A stretch of 64,000 nucleotides of DNA from an uncultured Desulfobacterales bacterium (GTDB taxonomy: Bacteria > Desulfobacterota > DSM-4660 > Desulfatiglandales > HGW-15), in contig CAYUBQ010000005.1 of NCBI GenBank assembly GCA_964443135.1, positions 13,692 through 77,691 of the forward strand. The letters are read 5' to 3'. This document shows positions 1 to 7,884 of the stretch, one piece after another. The number at the start of each line of letters is the position of its first letter. The first letter of the stretch is position 1. The notes below the pieces were generated by a model. It was not told the origin of the DNA and did not search any database. It saw only the letters and a list, made by a program, of their open reading frames with translations. Both the position numbers and the translations under genes were made by a program.

Positions 1-168
1 CCGAGGCTCGCGCCGTGGGCCTGGGGGGTGAACGGGTGCGCGTCGGTGATGGGCGCGGTGCTGGGGAAGATCCTGGCCATGGACCTGGGGTTTCAGGCGG
101 TCATGGCTGCGGCCTGGGGGCTCTACCTCCTCGCCGCCTGGTCCTTTCCCGGACCCAAGGAGGAATAA
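1..168 (+). CDS. 3' end of a membrane protein gene (5' part outside the window)
   Basis: Frame 1 is open from nt 1 to TAA at 166-168. The translation ...WAWGVNGCASVMGAVLGKILAMDLGFQAVMAAAWGLYLLAAWSFPGPKEE is hydrophobic and TM-like. It is too short for a family call. Confidence 0.4.
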   Translation, partial: PRLAPWAWGVNGCASVMGAVLGKILAMDLGFQAVMAAAWGLYLLAAWSFPGPKEE

Positions 169-231
169 GGCCCCGGTTTTGATTCCCCATCGGGGGTCGT
201 TCTGGTATGTAGACGTTCGAGGTAGGGGATC

Positions 232-942
232 ATGAACCAAACCAGCGAGCCCGGAAAGCCCCCGGTCTACTCAGGCGCGTTCATCGTGCTGGTGGCCGTC
301 TTCGTGGCCTGCCTGATCGCAGCCAACATCACGGCCGTGAAGCTCGTCTCCCTGGCCGGGCTCGTCCTGCCGGCCGCCATCGTGGTCTTTCCGGTCAGCT
401 ACATCGTGGGGGACGTGCTGACCGAGGTCTACGGCTACGACCGGGCCCGGAAGGTGATCTGGCTGGGGTTTCTCGCCAACCTGCTGGTGGTCTGCGCGGT
501 GTGGCTGGGGCAGATCCTTCCGGCTGCCCCCTTCTGGGACGGGCAGGCGGCCTACGAGCGCATCCTGGGGTACGCCCCCCGGATCCTTCTCGCCTCCTTC
601 CTGGCCTACCTGGTGGGGGAGTTCGCCAACGCCTACGTCCTGGCGCGGATGAAGATCGCCACCCGGGGGCGGTGGCTCTGGACGCGGACCATCGGGTCCA
701 CCCTGGTGGGGCAGGGGCTGGACTCCCTGGTGTTCATGACCGCGGCCTTTGCCGGGACCATCCCGGTCGAGGCCCTGTTCGCGGCCGTGGCGGTCCAGTG
801 GCTCGCCAAGTCGGCCTACGAGGCGGCGGCCACACCCCTCACCTACCTGGTGGTGGGGCATCTCAAGCGGCGGGAAGGCCTGGACGTCTACGACCGCAAC
901 ACGCGGTTCAACCCGCTCCTGGTCTCCAGGCAGCGTTTCTGA
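232..942 (+). CDS. yhhQ: Queuosine-precursor transporter, YhhQ/DUF165 (VUT) family
   Basis: 236-aa polytopic membrane ORF. The motif FPVSYIVGDVLTEVYGY and the overall helix pattern are typical of the YhhQ family. The ATG is preceded by GGTAGGGGA. Confidence 0.75.
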   Translation: MNQTSEPGKPPVYSGAFIVLVAVFVACLIAANITAVKLVSLAGLVLPAAIVVFPVSYIVGDVLTEVYGYDRARKVIWLGFLANLLVVCAVWLGQILPAAPFWDGQAAYERILGYAPRILLASFLAYLVGEFANAYVLARMKIATRGRWLWTRTIGSTLVGQGLDSLVFMTAAFAGTIPVEALFAAVAVQWLAKSAYEAAATPLTYLVVGHLKRREGLDVYDRNTRFNPLLVSRQRF

Positions 943-955
943 TCGGGAGGGCTCC

Positions 956-2173
956 ATGGGCGATCGGGGGACGGCTCCCCGGTTCGGAGACGAAGCGGTC
1001 CCGGGTCGATACGACGTCGCCGTGATCGGCGGCGGGCCCTCCGGAGCGGCGGCCGGCCTGCTCCTGGCGCGGGAGGGCGTCCGGGTGGGGCTCTTCGAGA
1101 AGGAGCCCGTCCCGCGATACAAGCCGTGCGGGGGCGGGGTGACCGCCCGGGCCTTGGAGATCCTCCCCCCCGAGGCGGCCGGAACCATCGAGCGGACCTG
1201 CCGGAGGGTCTCGCTGAACCTGGGTCCGGAGCGGCTCCGGTTTGCGGTGCAGAGGCGCGAGGACCTGCTGGGCACGGTGATGCGCGACCGCTTCGACACG
1301 GCGCTCCTCGCGGCGGCCCGGGAGGCCGGCGCCGGGGTCCACACGGCCTGCCGGGTGACCGGGATTCGATCCGGGGGCGGGCGCGTTCGCCTGGAGACGA
1401 GCCGCGGCCGGACCGCCTGCCGGTTCGTGGTGGCCGCGGACGGGGCCCTCGGCAGGACCGCCGGTCTGGCCGGCTGGCCGGAGACCCGCAGGCTCGCGCT
1501 GGCCGTGGAGCTGGAGCTGGCGGCGGACGGGGGAGACCCGCACGGGCTGGGGGATGGTGCCCGGTTCGACTTCGGGTGCGTTCCGGGCGGCTACGGCTGG
1601 GTTTTCCCCAAGCGGGACCACCTCTCCGTGGGCGTGGGCGTCTTTCGAAGGAACGGGACCGCCCGGCTCGGGGGGAGCCTCCGGGACTACCTGACGCAGC
1701 TCGGCCTCGAAGGGGGCCGCGAGATCCGGCGCCGGGGGGGCACGATCCCGATCTCCCCGCGGAGGGACGGGTTCGTGCGGAACCGGGTTCTTCTGGCCGG
1801 GGACGCGGCCGGCCTGGCCGATCCCCTGACCGGAGAGGGGATCTACGGCGCGCTCACGAGCGGCTTCCTGGCGGCCGAGTCCCTGTTGGCGGGGGGACTC
1901 GAGGAACGGTCCGTGCGGGAGGCCTACGAGGCGGGGCTTCGGAACCGACTCCTGGGGGAGCTTTCCCTGGGCCGCAGGCTCGCCGGGTTCTTCTACGGCT
2001 GGCCGCGGGTGCGGAACGGGCTGTTCTCCCTCTGCGGTCAGCCCCTCTCCGAGGCCGTGGCCCTGGTGGTCCTGGGCCGGAAGGGGTACGGGGAGCTTTT
2101 GGGGGACCCTGGAAACTACCTCCGGCTCTTGAGAAGACGACAACAATCGGGGGTGGCCCATGAGATCGATTAG
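956..2173 (+). CDS. Geranylgeranyl reductase-family FAD-dependent oxidoreductase
   Basis: Start moved to ATG 956 (GGGAGGG upstream) inside track ORF 749..2173. Supporting motifs: dinucleotide fold YDVAVIGGGPSGAAAGLLLAREG, KPCGGGV, and LLAGDAAGLADPLTGEGI. Confidence 0.8.
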   Translation: MGDRGTAPRFGDEAVPGRYDVAVIGGGPSGAAAGLLLAREGVRVGLFEKEPVPRYKPCGGGVTARALEILPPEAAGTIERTCRRVSLNLGPERLRFAVQRREDLLGTVMRDRFDTALLAAAREAGAGVHTACRVTGIRSGGGRVRLETSRGRTACRFVVAADGALGRTAGLAGWPETRRLALAVELELAADGGDPHGLGDGARFDFGCVPGGYGWVFPKRDHLSVGVGVFRRNGTARLGGSLRDYLTQLGLEGGREIRRRGGTIPISPRRDGFVRNRVLLAGDAAGLADPLTGEGIYGALTSGFLAAESLLAGGLEERSVREAYEAGLRNRLLGELSLGRRLAGFFYGWPRVRNGLFSLCGQPLSEAVALVVLGRKGYGELLGDPGNYLRLLRRRQQSGVAHEID

Positions 2174-2378
2174 CGGGAAGAAGCGGTTCGAAATCGGGAG
2201 GACCGGACTGGTTGCGGCCGGAGGCTCAGCGGGCGAAGCGGACGCGGACGGGATCGTCACGGTGAGCGAGCTGTTCGGGTACCTCTCCCGGAAGGTGCCC
2301 GAGGCGTCGGGCCAGGACCAGCACCCCGTGCGAAAGGGAGAGACCCGGGGCGAGCTGGTCATCGGCCGCATCCGGTGA
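2160..2378 (+). pseudogene. C-terminal remnant of a caspase-like (peptidase C14) domain protein
   Basis: The 72-aa ORF overlaps the end of the upstream gene. The segment ADADGIVTVSELFGYLSRKVPEASGQDQHPVRKGETRGELVIG matches the usual C-terminal tail of bacterial caspase-domain proteins. No catalytic His/Cys region is present. Confidence 0.4.
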
Positions 2379-2411
2379 TCGAGGCCCGGGATTGCGCCGC
2401 AGCATGGAAAC

Positions 2412-2444
2412 AAAAAAGGCGAGGGAGGCATCGCCTCCCTCGCC
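2412..2444 (-). terminator. Rho-independent terminator (minus strand)
   Basis: Perfect 12-bp stem GGCGAGGGAGGC(2418-2429)/GCCTCCCTCGCC(2433-2444) with a 3-nt loop. The plus-strand A6 at 2412-2417 is a T6 tail on the minus strand. It lies 37 nt downstream of the mini-ORF stop. Confidence 0.65.
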
Positions 2445-2480
2445 GGATTCCCGTCTTCGATTGTCAGTGGGTTCCGTTCG

Positions 2481-2564
2481 TTACTTTTTCCCGCAGGCGT
2501 ACCCGATCCCCAGGAGAAAGCTCAGGGCGAACAGGAGCCCCAGCCCCAGAGAGACGAATTCCAT
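2481..2564 (-). CDS. 27-aa hydrophobic small protein (MEFVSLGLGLLFALSFLLGIGYACGKK)
   Basis: Not in the ORF track because it is under 60 aa. ATG at 2564-2562 and TAA at 2483-2481. AGGAGG (plus-strand cctcct, 2575-2580) lies 10 nt upstream. It has one TM helix plus a GKK tail and is flanked by its own promoter-like element and terminator. Confidence 0.5.
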   Translation of the reverse strand: MEFVSLGLGLLFALSFLLGIGYACGKK

Positions 2565-2609
2565 TCGAGCGTGTCCTCCTTTTGCCGGCAGATATCCCGC
2601 CATCGGCAC

Positions 2610-2637
2610 AATGTAAGGAGGCCTTGAGAGAAATCAA
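2610..2637 (-). promoter_or_regulatory. Sigma-70-like promoter for the mini-ORF (TTGATT-16-TACATT)
   Basis: Minus strand: -35 TTGATT (2637-2632), 16-nt spacer, -10 TACATT (2615-2610). This is about 45 nt upstream of the ATG. Confidence 0.35.
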
Positions 2638-2700
2638 CCCTCGAGACCGCACACGGCGTCGGGCAGGAACGGCGCACGGTGCCCCACCGGGTCTCGCTTG

Positions 2701-3387
2701 TCAAGGCGTTTTCCGAGGGGAGGGCTCCCCCCCCCCGGACCCCGCGACCTCCAGGAGCAGGCGGGCGGCCGCCTCGGCCCCTCCGGTCGAACGCCGCGGA
2801 GAGCGGGCGAGGGAGAGGAGGGCCGGGAGGTCGTCCACCCAGCTCCCGTCGAGAAACCGGGGCTCCGGGATGGGCATGCCGGGCATCCGGTCGCGGACGA
2901 ACCCGGCCAGAACGGCGGATTCCCGAAAGCTTCCGGGCAGGATGTAGCCGAACGGCGGGCCCGCCTCGTGGACCTCGGCCAGCGTGCTGTACCCCGCCTT
3001 GCCCACCACGGCGTCCGCGGCGCGGACCAGGTCGGGGTGGTAGAAGCCCGAGTGGGGAGGGAGGAGCGTCAGGTTCCCCTCTTTCCCCGGGCTCTCCGCG
3101 CCGCCGGGGAACAGGAAACGGACGCCCTCCGCTTGCCGGAGGCGGTCGAAGAACGTCCAGGACCCCGGGACCCCGCCCAGGGTGACGAGCACCAGGGGGC
3201 GGTCCGGATCGACTCCCAGGGCGCTCCGCACCTCCGGCGGGAAGGCGGTCCGGGGCCCTGTATCGCATGGTTTCCGGAAATCGCTCGCGGCTGTCCATGG
3301 GGTTTTCTCCCGGTCCAACGTTTCCCCATCCTTGTAACACAGGGCGGCCTTCGCCGCCACGGTTTCCGGGGAGGAGGTGACCGTTTC
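2701..3387 (-). pseudogene. GT-B glycosyltransferase-like C-terminal half (MurG/GT28-like); start undefined, possibly truncated
   Basis: PLVLVTLGGVPGS...DAVVGKAGYSTLAEVHEAGPPFGYILPGSFRESAVLAGFV resembles the second Rossmann half of GT28/MJ1255-type transferases. The ATGs of track ORF 2701..3594 lie inside or opposite the kinase gene start. No first Rossmann half is visible. Confidence 0.35.
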
Positions 3388-3523
3388 GCCCGCGTGTTCG
3401 AGCCCATGGGTCCGGATTGATTCTTTCCATCCCCCGGGATTTCCGCTATGCTTCCCGCACCACCAACCGCAGCGGCGCCGGCCGGTGCTCAGCCGGACGG
3501 CGGCACACCGCGGGGGGATCGAC

Positions 3524-5071
3524 GTGACGGCAGAACAACCATGGCGGATCGTTCTCATCGACGATGAGGCGGACATCCGGGAGGTCCTGAGCATCTCCCT
3601 CCTGGACGCGGGCTACGAGGTCGCCGCGGCCCCCGGAGGAGAGGCGGGGCTGAGGCTCTGCGACGAGCTCGAACCGCAGATCCTGATCACGGACATCCGC
3701 ATGCCGGGCATGGACGGACTTCAGGTCCTGGAGGCGGCCAAGGAGGCCCATCCGGAGATCGAGGTGATCGTGGCCACCGCCTACGGCGAGATGGACGTCG
3801 CCGTCCGCGCGCTCCAGCTCGATGCCTCGGATTTCATCACCAAGCCCGTGAGCGACGAAGCCCTTCATCTGGCCCTCAGGCGGGCGAAGGAGCGATACGA
3901 GGCCAGGCGGCAGGTGGCCGACTACACCCTGCTCCTCGAGCAGGAGAACGTGGAGACCACCCGGGAGCTCCTCGACAGCATCTCCTTTCAGCGAAGGCTC
4001 ATCGACAGCTCCATGGACGGCATCCTCGGGTGCGACCGGAGCGGGGCCGTGATCACCTTCAACCGCGCCCTGGAGGAGATGCTGGGTGTGTCCCGCTACG
4101 AGGTCCTGGGCCGCCGGCGGGTCGGAGACTTTTTCGCCGAGCAGGACCTGCGGACCCTGGAGACCGATCTGGCCGGAGACCGGTACGGGGGGAGCGGAAG
4201 GCTCTCCCTCTACGAGACGCAGATCCGGACCCTGGACGGGCAGCCCATCCCGGTCCAGGTCTCGGTCACGGAGATCCTGGAACGGGAGGAGCGGGACGGC
4301 CTGGTTTTTTTCCTGCGGGACCTGAGGGACATCCGCCGGCTGGAGCGGGAGATGGCCGACCAGGCGAAGATCCTGCACCAGGACAAGATGTTGTCGCTCG
4401 GGCGGCTGGCCGCCAGCGTGGTGCACGAGATCAACAACCCCCTGTCGGGCATCCTCAACTACGCACGCCTCATGAAGCGGATCCTGGCGAGAGACCGGTT
4501 GACCGAGGAGCAGGTCGGGAAGTTCCGTGGGTACCTGGATCTGGTGGAGAGCGAGACCGGACGGTGCAGCGGGATCGTGTCCAGCCTGTTGAGCTTTTCC
4601 CGTCGGTCGAGGCCCGAGTTCACCAAGGTCGACGTGGGCGAGCTGGTGGAGCGATCCGTCCTCCTGAGCCGGCACAAGCTGGATCTCCAGGGAATCGAGC
4701 TGGAGATGGATGCGCCCGGGGACCTTCCCCCTGTTCAGGGCGATCCCAATCAGCTCCAGCAGTGCATGATCAACCTGATCTTCAACGCCATCGACGCCAT
4801 GCCCGACGGGGGGCGGCTCGTGATCCGCGCCGCTCGGGACCCGGGCAGGGGGCAACTGCTCATCACCGTGGCGGACACGGGAGCGGGCATCGCCCCGGCG
4901 TCGCTGCCCCACATCTTCGAGCCGTTTTTTACAACGAGACAAGAGGGATACGGGGTAGGCCTGGGCCTCTCCACGGTGTACGGCATCGTGGAGCGCCACC
5001 ACGGCGCCGTGGAGGTGGAGAGCCGCCCCGGCGGGGGGAGAACGGTCTTCACCATCCGGCTCCCGGTCTGA
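3524..5071 (+). CDS. Hybrid sensor kinase: N-terminal receiver, PAS, HisKA, HATPase
   Basis: REC motifs: VLIDDE, ITDIRMPGMDG, VATAY, ITKP. A PAS region follows, then H-box SVVHEINNPLSG, N-box NLIFNAIDAM, and DTGAGI/GVGLGLS. Start set at in-frame GTG 3524; the ORF is open from 3377. Confidence 0.85.
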   Translation: MTAEQPWRIVLIDDEADIREVLSISLLDAGYEVAAAPGGEAGLRLCDELEPQILITDIRMPGMDGLQVLEAAKEAHPEIEVIVATAYGEMDVAVRALQLDASDFITKPVSDEALHLALRRAKERYEARRQVADYTLLLEQENVETTRELLDSISFQRRLIDSSMDGILGCDRSGAVITFNRALEEMLGVSRYEVLGRRRVGDFFAEQDLRTLETDLAGDRYGGSGRLSLYETQIRTLDGQPIPVQVSVTEILEREERDGLVFFLRDLRDIRRLEREMADQAKILHQDKMLSLGRLAASVVHEINNPLSGILNYARLMKRILARDRLTEEQVGKFRGYLDLVESETGRCSGIVSSLLSFSRRSRPEFTKVDVGELVERSVLLSRHKLDLQGIELEMDAPGDLPPVQGDPNQLQQCMINLIFNAIDAMPDGGRLVIRAARDPGRGQLLITVADTGAGIAPASLPHIFEPFFTTRQEGYGVGLGLSTVYGIVERHHGAVEVESRPGGGRTVFTIRLPV

Positions 5072-5285
5072 TCGTTGAAAGGGGTGTACATCGCCGCCGG
5101 ATCCGTGTACCATTCGAGATCGCGGTCCCCTGACCGTGTGTCCAGAGGATCGGTTCATCGGCAATCCAGGCGCCCGAAGACCGCGAATCCTTTCTCCTCC
5201 CCCTCCCGACCCAGATCCGGCGCTGTCTTCGCGGATTCCGGAGCCCGTTCAGGACGTTCAGGTATCCAGGCGAGGATGCTCGACC

Positions 5286-7031
5286 ATGCTGCCCGACCCG
5301 AAAAGCCTGCCTTCATCCAGGACGATTCTCTCCGATCAATGGCTCGGTCTTTTGGATCTCCTCAAGGTCGGTGCGTTCATCATCGACCGGGACCGGAGAA
5401 TCCGGGCATGCAACCAGTGCGCTCAGGCCCTCTTCGGCCTGGACGAGACGAAGATCGTGGGCCGGGACTGCCGGCAGGTGTTCAGGGGCGCCCCCTGCGC
5501 CACCTGCTGCCCCTACCGCGAGGAGAGCACCGAACCCCAGGAGCTGGAGGTGGAGCTCCTGGACGCGGAGGACCACGCACATCTCGTCACCCGGCTCACG
5601 GCACCCATCCACGACGAGACCGAAGATCTCGTGGGGCACCTCATCCTCATCCAGGACCGGCCGTCCCTGGCCGACCTCCTCAAGCAGGTCCGTTACGGGG
5701 AGCGGAGCCTCAAGATCATCCTGGACCACCTGGAGCTCGCCATCTTCACCGTGAACCGGGGAGGATACGTCACCTTCTTCAACGACGCCTCCGAGGCCAT
5801 CACCGGCTACAGCCGCGAGCAGGTCCTGGGAAAGGCCGGCAGCATGGTGCTGGGTCCCGGGGAGAACGGGGCCTGGCGGAAGATCGAGTCCTGCCTCGCC
5901 GGGGGGCGCACCGGGACCACCGGTCCCACCAAGATGGTCACGGCCCAGGGGGACATCGTGGATGTCAAGGCGGACTTCATGCCCCTCACGAACGACCGGG
6001 AGGAGCTCGTGGGGGGCCTGGTGACCCTTCACGACCTGACCCTGGCCCGCCGCCTCGACGAGGTCCAGTCCGACCAGGTCTCCTTCCGCACCATGGTCGG
6101 CCGAGACCCGGCCATGCAGAAGATCTTCGAGATGGTCGAGCAGGTGGCCCCGAGCGATGCCACCGTGCTCATCGAAGGCGCCACGGGGACGGGCAAGGAC
6201 CATTTGGCCAAGGTGATTCACTTCGCCAGCAACCGCCGGGACGGGTGCTTCGTGAAGGTGAACTGCGCGGCCCTGCCGAACGACCTGCTGGAGTCCGAGA
6301 TGTTCGGCTACGCCAAGGGGGCTTTCACGGGAGCGGTGGGGGACAAGCCGGGACGATTCCAGGAGGCGGACGGCGGCACCATCCTCCTCGACGAGATCGG
6401 GGATTTGCCGCTGTCGCTCCAGGCCAAGCTGCTGCGGGTCCTGGAAGACCGGGAGTTCTATCCCCTGGGAGGGCGGCACACCGTGAAGGTGGACGTCCGG
6501 ATCATCGCGGCCACGAACCGGAACCTGGAGGAGCTCCTGGATCAGCGCCAGTTCCGGGAGGACCTGTTCTACCGGTTGAACGTCTGCCGCGTGGAGCTTC
6601 CCCCGCTCAAGGATCGGCGCGGGGATCTGCCCCCCATGATCCGGCACGTGCTTCGACGCCTCGCGGCCGCGAGGCAGGGTCGTCCCCCGGAGATCTCGGC
6701 GGAGGCCATGGAGGTGCTTCTCCGCTACCACTACCCCGGAAACGTGCGCGAGCTGGAGAACATCCTGGAGTATGCGCTGCTCACCTGCCGGGGCGGGGAG
6801 ATTCGACCGGAGCACATCCAGAGCTACGTGCACACTCGAACGGACTGGATCGAGCAGTGCCCGCCCGTCCGCCCGGCCCCCGAGGGGAGGGGCTCTGATC
6901 ACGGGGAACGCGCCCGCATCCTGAAGGCGCTGGAGCGCAACCAGTGGCGGAAGAAGGAGACCGCCCAGGCCCTGGGGATCGATCGGACCACGCTGTGGCG
7001 GAAGATGAAAAAGTTCGGGCTGAGCTCCTGA
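5286..7031 (+). CDS. Sigma-54-dependent transcriptional activator (PAS-PAS-AAA+-Fis HTH, no receiver)
   Basis: ATG 5286 lies inside track ORF 5136..7031. Motifs: Walker A GATGTGKDHLA, ESEMFGYAKGAFTGAV (GAFTGA loop), ILLDEIGDL, and C-terminal HTH ETAQALGIDRTTLWRKMKKFGL. The first PAS carries C-x8-C-x2-CC. Confidence 0.9.
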   Translation: MLPDPKSLPSSRTILSDQWLGLLDLLKVGAFIIDRDRRIRACNQCAQALFGLDETKIVGRDCRQVFRGAPCATCCPYREESTEPQELEVELLDAEDHAHLVTRLTAPIHDETEDLVGHLILIQDRPSLADLLKQVRYGERSLKIILDHLELAIFTVNRGGYVTFFNDASEAITGYSREQVLGKAGSMVLGPGENGAWRKIESCLAGGRTGTTGPTKMVTAQGDIVDVKADFMPLTNDREELVGGLVTLHDLTLARRLDEVQSDQVSFRTMVGRDPAMQKIFEMVEQVAPSDATVLIEGATGTGKDHLAKVIHFASNRRDGCFVKVNCAALPNDLLESEMFGYAKGAFTGAVGDKPGRFQEADGGTILLDEIGDLPLSLQAKLLRVLEDREFYPLGGRHTVKVDVRIIAATNRNLEELLDQRQFREDLFYRLNVCRVELPPLKDRRGDLPPMIRHVLRRLAAARQGRPPEISAEAMEVLLRYHYPGNVRELENILEYALLTCRGGEIRPEHIQSYVHTRTDWIEQCPPVRPAPEGRGSDHGERARILKALERNQWRKKETAQALGIDRTTLWRKMKKFGLSS

Positions 7032-7040
7032 TCGGGCGGT

Positions 7041-7559
7041 TCAGAAGCAGCTCGGCGCGAACCGGCGGCGTCTGGCCTCCCGAGCATCCGAGATGACGGG
7101 GTCGTGCTTCCGCTCCCTCCGGATGCGCTCCGCGAGAATCCGTTCGCCGGACCAGGAGAGCCTCACCTCGTGGTGGGGGGTCGCGAGGGGCGGTTGGTGG
7201 ATGGGGAGACGGTGGGCCGAGAACCGGAGCATCCTGGATCGGGACCATCTCGCGGGACAGTAGGCGCGGGGATCGAACTCGAACCGCCCCCGTCTTAGGA
7301 CCTCTTCCACGACCACGTGTCTGGGAGGGGAGGCCACGGCCTTTCCGAGTCGGTGCTCGATGGTGCGGGCCGTCCCGGGGTCGAGGGCCTCGAGGGCCAC
7401 GTGGGTGGGAAAGAGGCGCCCGGAAGGGGATTCGCCGAAGTTGCGCCGTACGGCGACCAGATCCTTGAGGATCCGCCTGGCATCCCAGAAATCCAGGTCC
7501 GTGTAGATGTGGTATCCAAAGCCCCCTCTTCTGGGGTGGCCGTAGACGATGCGCGCCAT
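7041..7559 (-). CDS. Hypothetical protein (172 aa), weak 2H-phosphoesterase-like layout
   Basis: Start at the second ATG (7559), with AGGAGG 6 nt upstream. His-containing motifs THVAL and PHHEVRL fall at about aa 52 and 128, recalling the spacing of the two HxT/S motifs of ThpR/LigT, but both are degenerate. Confidence 0.45.
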   Translation of the reverse strand: MARIVYGHPRRGGFGYHIYTDLDFWDARRILKDLVAVRRNFGESPSGRLFPTHVALEALDPGTARTIEHRLGKAVASPPRHVVVEEVLRRGRFEFDPRAYCPARWSRSRMLRFSAHRLPIHQPPLATPHHEVRLSWSGERILAERIRRERKHDPVISDAREARRRRFAPSCF

Positions 7560-7884
7560 GTGCATCCTCCTGATTCGTCGAGAGCCGCTTTCCCAAGCGT
7601 CCATGACCCGTGTCGCGCCTCGGATCACCCTCCGCTGATGAAGACCGGTGTTTTCGTAGGACGGGTTTTTGCATCCGCCGCGCTTGTAGAAAACCTTTCG
7701 ACGGCACACAAGACGCCGCGCTACGCCCGGACCATCGTGGAATCGCTTATAGCGAAAAGTTATGAACGCGGAGGCGCGTTGACAACCCTTGGGAAATCCA
7801 AAGCGGATCGATCGGGAGAGCGGGAACCGCTGAGCCGGAAGGGCCCTGCTCCGGCCGTCCCCGGTCGTCCCCGGCCGGATTGCG

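Noticed and set aside
169-231. Possible preQ1 riboswitch upstream of the yhhQ-like transporter
   Set aside because: The gap is only 63 nt. A small hairpin (TTCCCCATCGGGGG) is present, but the A-rich tail and conserved loop nucleotides of preQ1-I/II aptamers are not.
5075-6902. 607-aa (plus) and 529-aa (minus) ORFs overlapping the sigma-54 activator
   Set aside because: These are alternate-frame or antisense artefacts. Only 5286..7031 carries the AAA+ and HTH motifs.
7658-7673. Sigma-54-like AGGACGGGTTTTTGCA on the plus strand just downstream of the activator gene
   Set aside because: The GG/GC spacing is right, but the -24 element is poor (AGGACG). Nothing coding follows on the plus strand, only the antisense of the acyl-CoA synthetase. 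It could at most drive an antisense or small RNA, and there is no support for that.
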